Source: Trypanosoma brucei (taxonomy: Eukaryota). Taken from it: a DNA stretch of 64,000 nucleotides. Shown here piece by piece: positions 19,205 to 29,566 of this stretch. The stretch covers positions 640,001 through 704,000 of the forward strand of contig CM000207.1 of the NCBI GenBank assembly GCA_000002445.1. Reading direction: 5' to 3'. The notes below the pieces were generated by a model that was not told the origin of the DNA, searched no databases, and was given only the letters and a program-made list of their open reading frames with translations. The position numbers were made by a program, and so were the translations under genes. Every line of letters starts with the position of its first letter. Positions within the stretch are counted from its first letter, which is position 1.

Positions 19205-21595
19205 ATGGGAAGGAAGGATGACGCCATTAAAAAGTTAATATCGCTTAATTTTAGTAAAAGCAAGGCAACAGAAGCACTTAAGGAGGCTAATGGAGACTTT
19301 GACGTTGCCCTGAGAATTTTGCAGAACAAAAAAGTGAAAGAACAACAGGTTCCGGTGAAATCATTGGCAGAAAAGCCAAAGTTGAGCGGTAATGATGACC
19401 GCGTGGGTGACGGTGGTGAGGTGAAGCAAAGGAAACACCCGTGTATAGTGCAATACAAAAAATGCCAATATGGAAAGTTCTGTCGACTTCGTGACTACCC
19501 GGGTGATGTCTGCATCAACTACTTCAATGGTACTTGCTTGTATGGAAACTTCTGCAAGAGACGACACTATGTTGATGGAGTAGACATACGGGCCGACCAA
19601 CGTCCGGAGACAAGTAGTGGAATAGTTAAGCACCAGTCGGGCACCATCCGTATATCCAGGTCATGTGGCAATGGGGTGTTTGTTGGGGATGTGATACAGT
19701 GTGTTGACGAGGAATCGTCTTCCCAGCTTGCCGGTGCAACTCCTGAGCCATGCCGCTTTAATCTCATCCAGGGCTCGGAACCTACGTATACGGATCCCAG
19801 AGCTCTAGATTGGCAGTCGCGTGCTACTTCCGTCATCGGTACCACCCCAACTCCATTCTTGGATGCAGTAAGGCAAAATGCGCAGAAACAGGCTTTCGAA
19901 GAGGTCGCACCAACCTCTCCCGTCCCACTTTCAGTAACTTCTAGGGCTATCTCAAGGAATAAACACCCCTGTATAGCGCAGCGCGGTTGCTGTAAATACG
20001 GAAAGAACTGCCTTCATGCAGACAGGGACGCAGACGTTTGCGTGTTCTTTCTGAACGGAAGATGTGCGAGGGAAGGTTCCTGCAAGTACCGACATGAAAG
20101 CGATGCGGAATATTTGAGACGTGTTCGACCTGATTTATGGGGTGGAGGCTGCGATGACGCTAGCCAAGGCGGCGAGACGGTACCACTAACCGCCGAGAAG
20201 GTGTTGAAGGATGTGACAAGAGCGCGGTGGTGTCAAGCTGATGATGGGGAGGTTAAGGATGGGGAAAGATACCAACAAACCGGTGTTTCCCTCTCGGATT
20301 TTCTTCCGACCGCGCGTGTGGACGACGCACCCGAGGGCGGTACCCAGCGGGGGGAGCACGATGAAGATTCGATGGCACCTGACCAAAGCGGGGACAATGA
20401 GTTTGCCTCGCTTCTGAGTTTGATTGATGCGTTCCCAAGCGCCGAACCATATTTGTTGCTGCACGCCCTTCGCTGCGCTGACGGTAATCCCCATTACGCC
20501 GCCGACGTCATAAACCGAGTGAGTAATATTGATTCCACTGAGGATATCGATCTTTGCTTCCTAGCAAGCCGCTTGGAAGACGAGGATGAGGAGAGAGAGG
20601 CCGCAATCCGGGACAAACACGAGTGGTTTCTCACACTCTGCACGCTGTTTCCAGGCGTAGACACACCGTCGATTCAAGCGGTGTTGGATCGATGTGGAGG
20701 GGAATACGGAGAGGCCTACGACATTTTGCTTTGCCAAAGTGGTTCAGTAACAGCGAAGGCTTATGGGACCGCCTGGAGCGGTAAAGTTAAGGGAAGCGAA
20801 GAGGCTCGCGTGGAGAAGTTGTGCGGCATGTACCCGGGACTTCCCAAGGACGTGGTACAGAATGCCTTCGGGACTGCTGATGGCAATTTTCTCGTGGCAA
20901 GCGGTATATTGAATGATATGACCAAAGATATGTTGGTGGCGGGAGACGTTGTTGCTGATAGCCACCCCTGTCCGGCTCGCGGAAAGGTTGTTGTTACGAC
21001 GAAGCGAACGTCCGAAGAAGATGAACCGAAGAAGGTGTCGTTCCAGTTTCCGGTGAGCAGCCCATCACGCGAGGAAGTGGAGGCGTTTTACAACAGTGTG
21101 AAGAACGAGGTACGAGAGCTTGGTGATTGGCGACGGGTGCGAGAGCAGGCGTATATCATCAACAGTTGTCGTATCCGCGTGCTCAAGCACGCTGCAGCGG
21201 CATACCGACGTGGTGACGGCGAAGCCGCCAAGACTCTTAGTCGTCATGGGAAAGAACTTGGTGCCCAGTATCAGCGTCTCAACCGCATTGCGATGGTCGC
21301 ACTGGAGCGGGAGCGTCTGTATAGTAGCCCAGTCGTCACGCTTGACCTCCATGGCTTCCACGTTGAGGAGGCGATCGAGGTAGTGCGACGTCGTGTGAAG
21401 TTGTGCCAGCAGAAAGGTGTGAGGAACCTGCAAATTGTCACTGGCAGTGGCAAGCACAGCCGTGGCGGGAACTCTGCCCTTCACTCCGCAGTGCTGAAGC
21501 AGCTTCAGGAGGATACGCAACTAGACGGCATCGTTAAAATCGGGTCAATAAAACCTGCTTTTTTTGACGTTCAAATTGCACCGCGGCGTAAGTAA
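19205..21595 (+). CDS. UBA + 2x CCCH zinc finger + CUE-like domains + DUF1771 + Smr-domain protein (N4BP2/Cue2-like), 796 aa
   Basis: Track ORF starts at TTG 19004; first ATG 19205 (MGRKDDAIKKLISLNF...). UBA: AIKKLISLNFSKSKATEALKEANGDFDVALRIL. CCCH: C-x8-C-x5-C-x3-H in HPCIVQYKKCQYGKFCRLRDY and HPCIAQRGCCKYGKNCLHADR. CUE-like: FASLLSLIDAFPSAEPYLLLHALRCADGN, LFPGVDTPSIQAVLDRCGGEYGEAYDIL, LCGMYPGLPKDVVQNAFGTADGNFLVASGIL. Smr: LDLHGFHVEEAIEVV...LQIVTGSGKHS. Confidence 0.8.
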   Translation: MGRKDDAIKKLISLNFSKSKATEALKEANGDFDVALRILQNKKVKEQQVPVKSLAEKPKLSGNDDRVGDGGEVKQRKHPCIVQYKKCQYGKFCRLRDYPGDVCINYFNGTCLYGNFCKRRHYVDGVDIRADQRPETSSGIVKHQSGTIRISRSCGNGVFVGDVIQCVDEESSSQLAGATPEPCRFNLIQGSEPTYTDPRALDWQSRATSVIGTTPTPFLDAVRQNAQKQAFEEVAPTSPVPLSVTSRAISRNKHPCIAQRGCCKYGKNCLHADRDADVCVFFLNGRCAREGSCKYRHESDAEYLRRVRPDLWGGGCDDASQGGETVPLTAEKVLKDVTRARWCQADDGEVKDGERYQQTGVSLSDFLPTARVDDAPEGGTQRGEHDEDSMAPDQSGDNEFASLLSLIDAFPSAEPYLLLHALRCADGNPHYAADVINRVSNIDSTEDIDLCFLASRLEDEDEEREAAIRDKHEWFLTLCTLFPGVDTPSIQAVLDRCGGEYGEAYDILLCQSGSVTAKAYGTAWSGKVKGSEEARVEKLCGMYPGLPKDVVQNAFGTADGNFLVASGILNDMTKDMLVAGDVVADSHPCPARGKVVVTTKRTSEEDEPKKVSFQFPVSSPSREEVEAFYNSVKNEVRELGDWRRVREQAYIINSCRIRVLKHAAAAYRRGDGEAAKTLSRHGKELGAQYQRLNRIAMVALERERLYSSPVVTLDLHGFHVEEAIEVVRRRVKLCQQKGVRNLQIVTGSGKHSRGGNSALHSAVLKQLQEDTQLDGIVKIGSIKPAFFDVQIAPRRK

Positions 21596-21949
21596 CTGCC
21601 GCAAATATGGTATTACCAAGGACTTCACGCTTCATGGGACGGGGTCTCCTATAGGAGAAAATGGGGATTTACTTGATAAGTTTTTGTGCTGCCGCAGTGT
21701 TTGGCTCGGCGGAAAGAGGCTTCAATTGGAGGCCAACTAAGGGGTAAGGGTGTTATAGGGGGATGACTGGCGACTCTGACGCCGCCGACGGTAACTTGCA
21801 CTCTGTCCAATAATAAAATTGACTCATTTTATTGTTTTTTGTTGCTTTGCCGTGGTTGCCTGATTGTGTAGCTGTTTGGATTGAGCACTGTTGCTGGTGC
21901 GTAAAAAGGTTACTTTCTGCAGTGCCCAGAGGAGTGAAGAGGTGTTAGG

Positions 21950-22741
21950 ATGTCCACCAGCAGCCGCGGTATTTTGATTGCCGGGTTGACGAACCGTGCT
22001 CGAACACAGATGGCGGAGGGTATTCTCCGTCGACTGACAGCGGGAACCATATTTATAAAGAGCGGCGGTGTGCATCACGAGTCAACCATACATCCGCTTG
22101 CAGTTAAAGTCATGAAAGATATCGGCATTGACATTAGCAAACAGTCTGTGACGTCACTCGAAGCCGCACGCAGGCAACAGAACACGTACGACGTATACAT
22201 TAGCATTGACTGCAGTTACGAGCGGCGAACACTGGATAAATCGCAACCACCACGTGCGGAGGTTCGGCGTCGGGAGAGTTTCACCGTAGAATATGGAGAC
22301 GACGGTAGTGGTCCCAGAGGCGGCGATGACCCGGTGCGTTACGACCCGCTACTAGTTCCGCGCACCCCATCTCACTGGAGTGTTGGTGTTGACGCAACCG
22401 ACGTGCGGCGTCGCTGGCAGATATGGAGTCCCCGGGACCCCTCCATATTTCATGAAACCTCCACGCGGAAGTTTCAGGATCACTTATACGAAGGGGAGCC
22501 ACTCTTCATGCAGTTACGACAATGCCCTTGGAGAACTCAGGCGAAAGTTTCTGAGCGATGGGAGATGGATGAAGTGGCAATACGATATCCTGTGGAGCGT
22601 CATAGCGCACATGAGCTTCGTTTTGTGCAGGCGCGCGAGCAGCTGTTGCAGAGGTCTTTCGATCTGCTCACAAAACTTGAGAAGCATTATGGTGAAAGGC
22701 TCCTGCTTGACAGAGCGCTACTGGAGGAATTTATTTCATAG
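21950..22741 (+). CDS. ArsC / low-molecular-weight PTP-fold protein lacking the catalytic cysteines (predicted pseudo-phosphatase/arsenate-reductase), 263 aa
   Basis: ATG 21950. N-terminal ~90 aa align to Bacillus/Staphylococcus ArsC (IIYFLCTGNSCRSQMAEG...AVKAMKEVGIDISNQ vs ILIAGLTNRARTQMAEG...AVKVMKDIGIDISKQ), but both P-loop cysteines (CTGNSCRS) are G and A here. Confidence 0.7.
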   Translation: MSTSSRGILIAGLTNRARTQMAEGILRRLTAGTIFIKSGGVHHESTIHPLAVKVMKDIGIDISKQSVTSLEAARRQQNTYDVYISIDCSYERRTLDKSQPPRAEVRRRESFTVEYGDDGSGPRGGDDPVRYDPLLVPRTPSHWSVGVDATDVRRRWQIWSPRDPSIFHETSTRKFQDHLYEGEPLFMQLRQCPWRTQAKVSERWEMDEVAIRYPVERHSAHELRFVQAREQLLQRSFDLLTKLEKHYGERLLLDRALLEEFIS

Positions 22742-23195
22742 CGCCTCAGCCACGTGTACACACGTATATACATATTTATCACACACAAGTGCGTCTAGGC
22801 GTATCGAGCCGATATCGTTTTGCTTGAGTGGCAATCCTATTACTTCTTTCAGTGAGTAAAGAATAAGACAAGCAATATGTGACACACGTTTTGCTGCCAC
22901 ACCGTGGTCGTGCTGGGCTCTAGCGACCTCCGCCCGATCGGGTGTCTTGTTTCCTCTCCCACGTTTAAGCATTTTCTTCATTTCACCACTTTTGTTAGCA
23001 ACGTAAACATTGTTTAGTTTTTTGCCCTGGGCGGTTGAAGATTCGACAGCCAACAGTTTGTCACTTTCTGACGGCGCAGGCACAGGCACAGGTTACAGGG
23101 GCGAGGGGCGTGTGTCGTGTGTTGAGCCCTCTTTGTGCCGGTAGGTGAGAGCGAAGAGTATACACCAGCGGTTTTTAGGCGCGACGTAGTGCGCG

Positions 23196-23747
23196 ATGTA
23201 TAATGGCATCGCTCCGATCAACGTCAAAGGGACGGGCCTCAGTGGTTACGTGCAGCGTAGTAGGTCGGCGGTCACACAGCTGGCAAAATTCACTCCCGCT
23301 GAGTACACGGATGATATGCTAACAACGGCGAAGGCGAATCCACTGGAGGCGTTGCGGTCGGCAAAGGAGAACAAAGAACTTTCAGGACAGCTGGAACATC
23401 ACAGGTCCCTACGTGCCATCAAACTAAAGGTCCTTCTTTACCGCGAGGAGCGTGAGGCTGCTGGCGTACCACCTGATGTGATTAGCCGAGAGTGCGCAAC
23501 ACTTCATGGGTCGCTACTCCGTAATTACATGGAGGAGGCTCAAGAGGCAAGACGTTTGGGGGCAGCAGAGTTGGCACAAAAGACTGCGGAGAGATTCGCC
23601 TCCGCATTTCAAGTAAGACCCGGCTCACTGGGGGATGCTTTCGACCGGCGTCATCGTGAGGTGGAAAGACAGGCCGCGGAAGGGGCTCGCAAAGAGGCGA
23701 TAGAGCGGCGGATTGTGGAACGGGTGAAGCGTATCAAGGGAGAGTAA
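23196..23747 (+). CDS. CWC21: CWC21 / SRRM2 (cwf21-domain) pre-mRNA splicing factor homologue, 183 aa
   Basis: ATG 23196. N-terminus MYNGIAPINVKGTGLSGYVQRSRSAVTQ matches the cwf21 signature MYNGIGL...RGSGT(N/S)GYVQRNLS. Confidence 0.7.
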   Translation: MYNGIAPINVKGTGLSGYVQRSRSAVTQLAKFTPAEYTDDMLTTAKANPLEALRSAKENKELSGQLEHHRSLRAIKLKVLLYREEREAAGVPPDVISRECATLHGSLLRNYMEEAQEARRLGAAELAQKTAERFASAFQVRPGSLGDAFDRRHREVERQAAEGARKEAIERRIVERVKRIKGE

Positions 23748-24490
23748 GGGGGTGGGGGAGGAATCGCACCAAGAATGTAGTGCGTGACTTTCTGGTTCTA
23801 CTCAGTTCTTCACAAATATGTTGCATTAGCTCCTTGACTTGCACAGCATTTGTTAAGTGTGTTGCACGGGGGCGGTTGTGTCCTCTTTTCCTTTCCTCTG
23901 TTGAATCGCTACCTCTTCTATATTTTTCTGCGCCACTATACTCTGGAAGTGTGCTCTAGGTAGAGGGTACCAAAAGAAGAGCGAACTTTGGAGAAAGTAG
24001 AGGAGGGTGGAACTATCACCACTGATATTCTAACAAAAGCTAAGCCCGTGTTCCCATCAAAACTGGAGCGGAGTGAGGGGGATAAGTGCGCAGTGAGTCA
24101 CAAGGTTCAGTTACAAGTGGAATAACTGAGGGAGTGACGGGAAAGTGGGGGAAAGGCAAAGGATCAATAATTTTGTACTGTCCTGTGGTCTCGGGAAGGG
24201 GAGGGCGAGCGATAAGGGTGCGCCGTCCGCTGGTTCCTGTGTTTCATGCAGTTAGTTAAGAGTGAGGAGGCGGTTAAAACAGTGACAAATAGCGAAATTG
24301 CGACGAAGAAAAAGCGTGCGAAGGTGCTAGTTGTGAATTGAGAAGAGGAAAGAAAAGGTCGAATTGGGGCGTGTTCAAGTCAAGATCAACTTAATAAGTC
24401 AGAAGTGAGGTAATATCTACAGCAAGAGGAGAAGTCAGAGTACGGGGGCAAAACTCTTAGTGAAATTAACAAAACGGCGTGCTGTTGTTG

Positions 24491-25261
24491 ATGGGAAGTT
24501 GTTGTGCGAAGAGCGACACTTCGGTTGACATCGATGATAGCGGCCGTGGAGTGGAACGGGATACTGAAGATGATAACAACGTATACATCCTCCAGTATCA
24601 GTCGCGTGGAGAGGTGCTGAAAATGCTTGAACTGGAACCAACACCTCACGAAGCAAGTGTGATGACACAGTCTCCCAGCTTACCAACGGATGGACCAGCG
24701 GCGGAGGAGTGCGCTGAGGCGGAGCTTTCTGACCCCCTTTCCTGTTCGTCGACAACTATCGTAACAGTACGGAGTGAGCGGAGGGCAGCCGATCGTTTTT
24801 CAGCCAACTCGCTGACCTGGACGTTGCCAGAGGTAAGTGCGACGACGGTGAGTACCCGCTTCGACCACGCACGAACGACATCGTTCATGGGGAGCGATGA
24901 CGATTTCTCTTCAGTGGAGTGGAGCGCTAACTCTAGAAAAGATAGGCGGTTAATGCTGCTGCGGGACAGAGATCGAGCCGCGCAGCGTGATATGGTAATG
25001 AACGAGATGGATCAAAGGCGGTTCATTGCTGAACACGCCAACCGAGCACACCGGGCTATCCTGGTGACGTACATTAGGAACCGTCTCGAGATAGAGAGGA
25101 GGGTTTCGTACGAGGAGTTCCTCGTAGAACGAAATGCATTTCTTCTACATGAGTTGGAGGCGAGGGAACCGTTGGTGCGGCGTACTGTAGAGCTACAAGC
25201 ACATTCAGAGCTCCTCAACAAAATGCAACAGCAGCGCTTGCTTCGGAACCGTGGTAAATGA
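24491..25261 (+). CDS. Hypothetical protein with N-terminal MGSCC dual-acylation motif, 256 aa
   Basis: Track start 24479 is GTG; first ATG 24491 gives MGSCCAKSD: Gly2 for N-myristoylation and Cys4/Cys5 for palmitoylation. Rest is charged/coiled, no recognised domain. Confidence 0.5.
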   Translation: MGSCCAKSDTSVDIDDSGRGVERDTEDDNNVYILQYQSRGEVLKMLELEPTPHEASVMTQSPSLPTDGPAAEECAEAELSDPLSCSSTTIVTVRSERRAADRFSANSLTWTLPEVSATTVSTRFDHARTTSFMGSDDDFSSVEWSANSRKDRRLMLLRDRDRAAQRDMVMNEMDQRRFIAEHANRAHRAILVTYIRNRLEIERRVSYEEFLVERNAFLLHELEAREPLVRRTVELQAHSELLNKMQQQRLLRNRGK

Positions 25262-26603
25262 GTCAGCGTTTTGGGGTGCGGGACACTTTGCCTCGGTGGG
25301 GGCTGAGGAAATGACTTGATCTTGCAATATGAAGCGGTGAAATCAGGTTGCGGGCTATTTTATCGCTTACTAACAGTTCTCGGATGTCCCCGTCGTCGTA
25401 CCCACCTTAGGCAAACGGGGATCGCGTTTATTTTTCCTCCAAGGTCTCGGATGTGCGGGATGCAGGTTGTGGCGGTGGGGAGGGGAAGAGGGAGGAAGAT
25501 CGTCTTCTCGTCATTAATTAATTTCCAGTTGCACTTCGTAGTGGGTGCCACTTGCTGTTGACTGTTTTTTTAATGTTTGTTTGTTTCACTCCTCTTTTAG
25601 GAAATAATCCACGGTAGCGGTGACGTGTATATGCCCGTACATCTGACCCGAAGGGGGAAGTGGGGTGTCGCCTCAAAACGTAAACCGTTTTATATTTTCC
25701 TTTACTGCCACATGGGTGCATGTTGGTAGCGTTGCTTGACTGTAAGACGTGCCCATGTGCGTTTTCTCTCATTTTACCCCTGACGGTTTACCCGTTTCGT
25801 CCGTGTGCTACACCCCCTTTTCTTTGTTTTGTGTTTGTTGCTTTCATTGTTGCTAACGCGTGCGGTTTATGTGTTTCTCAGTCAGTGGTAGAGCAGGCGG
25901 GATGGGCATATTACCACTGCACTTCTTCTATTTTAAAAGCCACGTGCAATCGGCACGAATGTGAGGGTTCTGCCGCAGCATATGCACTAGTGCTGTACAG
26001 GCCTTCCATCCACGGAGAGTGAGAGAAGGTCTCCCTATTGATATCTGTTGCTCTCTCTTTCTTCCCTATTTCTGGGGAGGACCTAGAGAAGTTAGGATAC
26101 TTCCACAGTGCATATTCAATCCCTATATTCCTTGATCATTGTTTTTCTTTTTTCTTTTTGCGTTCCTTCCTTCCCACTTATTCACTAGTGAAGTCTGTCT
26201 TCTCCGACCTCTGGTGGTGTTCTGTTTGTAAAAGATGAAGCCCCGCTCGAGCGGAAAGAGGGAAAATAACAAGAGGGGGAAGCGAGCTGATAGAACGATG
26301 TGAGTAGTGTGTCACCGTAAAACGAGACAAACACACGACAGGGAGAAAATCGTGTCAATAGGGATGAACAAGAAGAAAACAAAAGATGTAACTTCACTTA
26401 ATCGTTTATTTACCGGAACATTTTTTTAAATTGTACTATGTTGTAGTTGCTAAACCTGACATTATGCACTAAATTTCTCGTTTTTGTTTCTGTAGTCCTT
26501 CACTCTTATTATACTCCCTCTTTCTTCCTTTCGGACTCTCTTTTGTACCCTTCGTTATGCGATGGGGAAATAATTCTCTCCCATTTCTAATAGCTGAGCA
26601 GTA

Positions 26604-26864
26604 ATGGCTTCGGTGAATATGGAGGACTGGATACAGAAGCCTGCGGTGTGTGTCACCGTGTTTGGCGAGTCGCATGAAGGGTTGTTACAGGGGATAGACA
26701 ACAATTTCAACACCGTGTTAAAGCAATCCGTAGGAAACAAGGAAAATGAGCTGACCTTTGTGCGAGGCGAGTCCGTTGTGTACGTTGGTTTCAGCGATAT
26801 AGCTGAGAGTACGGTGCCGGAAGGAAACGCTGGGTGTGGTAGTGTGGCTTCCACCACTTCTTAG
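26604..26864 (+). CDS. Sm/LSm-fold protein, 86 aa
   Basis: ATG 26604. VCVTVFGESHEGLLQGIDNNFNTVLKQSVGNKENELTFVRGESVVYVGF fits Sm1-Sm2 (G..h.G.L...D..mN.vL.......lg.v.iRG..Ivyi). Confidence 0.5.
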   Translation: MASVNMEDWIQKPAVCVTVFGESHEGLLQGIDNNFNTVLKQSVGNKENELTFVRGESVVYVGFSDIAESTVPEGNAGCGSVASTTS

Positions 26865-27205
26865 TGGAGGTGCTAGCATCACGTTGCGCATGGTTAGGTT
26901 ACGTTGTACCTGTCATGGCTTGCGTCCTTGGACCATGAAGTAAAAGGAGGGGTTGTGGGTTTCCGTTTTGGCCGCTTACTTGGATGTTGCGTTTTACAGC
27001 TTAAAACCGTGGCTTTAGCTTTATCTGCCGCTCCTTGTCTTTCGCCCGTTCTTTGCATTTATTTTTCTTCCCCCCCCCCCGCTACATAACTTGTGTTAAA
27101 TGCACACAAGTGCGATTCTCCGGTGTACTCGTCTGTGCTTGAAGTGTGGATATTGAGAATATTGCACTTTTATGGTTGGTATCCTCTTTTAACCTAACAT
27201 TAGCA

Positions 27206-27559
27206 ATGTCTTCGCTTCCCGGGGTGGCGAGGTATGAACGCATGACCACGCGAAACAAGATTCAGTTCTTCTGGTGGTCCATGCTTGTGATGGGTTTTGC
27301 CTATCAGTTCCTCCAAATGACCGTGCTGCGCGTTCAGCCAAAACGTGAGGAACAGATGTACAGCCATATCCGTGAACTCTACGGCGATCAGTTGCCGCCA
27401 GAGCTTATCGAAATCGCGAAGCGGCAGCGCGAAGCACAGGACGCTTTGACACTGTCAAATATGATACGCACGCCAACGCCTGGTGAGACGGCTGGGGCAC
27501 TGCAGCACGCATTGGACCCGCGTCGTATCGCGCAGTTGCGGAGCCACAACGGGTATTAG
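27206..27559 (+). CDS. Small hypothetical membrane protein (~117 aa)
   Basis: Track start 27146 is GTG; first ATG 27206. One hydrophobic helix (FFWWSMLVMGFAYQFLQMTVL). No recognised domain. Confidence 0.35.
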   Translation: MSSLPGVARYERMTTRNKIQFFWWSMLVMGFAYQFLQMTVLRVQPKREEQMYSHIRELYGDQLPPELIEIAKRQREAQDALTLSNMIRTPTPGETAGALQHALDPRRIAQLRSHNGY

Positions 27560-27948
27560 GATACAGGAGGAAACGATCGGGCATCCGAATATTCTTGAGA
27601 GAAGTTGAGGGGTGAAGAAACTCGTCGTGGGACGCTCGCACCGTTGAGTATACTTCACTAGTTTGCCACTGTGCGGCAGGGCCCACTTGCGTACAGGAAA
27701 TCACGGGGAAGGGGGTTCGGGGCGATGTTGTTACACTCGTCTTTGGTTAAACTAATTAGTTAGAACAGAGGTCAATGTGCACCAACCACCCAACACGTAT
27801 ATCTTTGTGCCTTTATTTTATAACATTTGTTTCTTATTTAGGGAAGCGATTAACAGCTTCGTACAAACAGCGGACCCATTTAGTGAATAGGAACACGGGA
27901 GGTGTTGCAAGGGGAGTTGAAGTAAGCCGCTGATTGTATTTCGCGGCG

Positions 27949-28209
27949 ATGCGCATTTTCGTACACGTACGGGAGAAGGTCATTAAGTTAGAGTGCGGTG
28001 ATGGCACACAGAACGTAATATGGTTGGGCAACGCTGCCATGGTGCACTACGACTCTTCGTTTGGTCAGAAATATGGTTCCCCGAAGTACATACAAAAGGA
28101 GGGTGGCACCATGTGTGATCCGAATGCGCGTGTTTGTGATGTGTTGGACGATAACCAACATGTCTTCGCTGTGCTGGATAACATCGAGGAGGTTGTCACA
28201 GATGCGTAG
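27949..28209 (+). CDS. Small hypothetical ORF (~86 aa), weakly supported
   Basis: Track start 27934 is TTG; first ATG 27949 (MRIFVHVREKVIKLECGDG...). No recognised domain. Confidence 0.2.
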   Translation: MRIFVHVREKVIKLECGDGTQNVIWLGNAAMVHYDSSFGQKYGSPKYIQKEGGTMCDPNARVCDVLDDNQHVFAVLDNIEEVVTDA

Positions 28210-28765
28210 TTCAATGTATGTTATTGCTCCCCCTTCAACACAACTTTTGAGTCCTCTTGTTTTAAGTGAGGATGAGCACATTGAGAGGGGATAGTTTTTT
28301 TTGGGGGGGAGGGAGGGGGTTTGCAGAAGCATATCCGTATGGATGTGTTTACACAACGGCGCGGCATTTGGGTGAATTGGGATGCAATCAGCGGTCATAA
28401 AACACCATATTTCCATTTAATGTTTCGGTTTGCAGTTGTTCTTGATTTGTCCGTTTCCACAGTTTTCTTTTAAGACTGTGTGTCGAGCGCAAACCCGGGG
28501 AAAGAGGAAAGGTGTTCATCCCTCGAATTTTCAGTATGTTTCGCCCTAATCCCTTCCTTCCGCGTCAGTATCACTTGAATCTTCATTTTATTTGCATATT
28601 TGCTCTCGCACTGGCGTGCCGAACCCAGTATCGTACCCAGATGGGATATTCCCCTTTCCGCACTTTTTTTTTTTGCAATCTCTATTCTCTATGTTTTCTT
28701 TTTGTTTTGGTTGTTGTTTTGCGCCCCACGCACGTTGGCGCGCTAAAGCAGTTTCCGACTAGAAG

Positions 28766-29566
28766 ATGGAGAGGAGTAATTCCCGGAGGAGGGTGTCACA
28801 GTCCGCTCCAAAGGGAGAAAATGAATGGAGCAAGGTGCCCCGATGCGTGCGCGAGGCTCTGGCCTCGGCCATTGTTGGCGCTCTACCGGGTGAATCACGA
28901 CGTCGTTTGACTCCAAATAGGAATCCCTCAAGGGCGAAAAGCACGTGCGCGAACAAAATCGTAGTACCGCAGCTGACAGAAGAGTTTCTTCATCGGAGTG
29001 TTCAGACTTTTGAGGATGCGGCGGTCTTGCGTGCTGAGGCTGTGCGAAGTTACGCGCAATTCCACAACACTGTGGAGATGCTTCGGGAAGTGATGCGCAA
29101 CCAGCTAGGCGCACTGTGGTATACGGCGCTTCAGTTGGATCCTGAGTTTGTGATTGACCTGCAGCAACAAAACGGACTAAGTGGGAGTGACCTGATTCCC
29201 AACGACGTGGTTATTGAGGGCGAGTCGCTTAAGCGGCTAGAAGGACTGGAGACGTTGCTACAGGAAATGAACAACAACATGGAGGTGTTACGTTCGAGCT
29301 CGGTACGTTTTGCCGCGTGTGTTCTATCAGATGAAGAGAAGTTGTCGATGGGGCTAGACCCACTGAGACTACCACGGGAAGACGTCTTGCGGTACGCCGT
29401 TGCGCCTAGCACCAGGCGCAATTCAAGTAGTCGTGGACGGCAAAGCAATAAAGACGACTCAAGCAACCATGGGCGTCGTAGCGCCTCGGCGCGGAGGCCA
29501 ACTCTCAGGCCGGACGAAACAGAGGCGCGATTGAAGCGTTTTAGAGCATATGCTGCTCGACGGTAG
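28766..29566 (+). CDS. Hypothetical protein, 266 aa; N-terminal motif shared with the next gene
   Basis: ATG 28766. GENEWSKVPRCVREALASAI near the N-terminus is paralogous to GEWRYVPPCVRQALALVL in the gene at 30431. Confidence 0.5.
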   Translation: MERSNSRRRVSQSAPKGENEWSKVPRCVREALASAIVGALPGESRRRLTPNRNPSRAKSTCANKIVVPQLTEEFLHRSVQTFEDAAVLRAEAVRSYAQFHNTVEMLREVMRNQLGALWYTALQLDPEFVIDLQQQNGLSGSDLIPNDVVIEGESLKRLEGLETLLQEMNNNMEVLRSSSVRFAACVLSDEEKLSMGLDPLRLPREDVLRYAVAPSTRRNSSSRGRQSNKDDSSNHGRRSASARRPTLRPDETEARLKRFRAYAARR

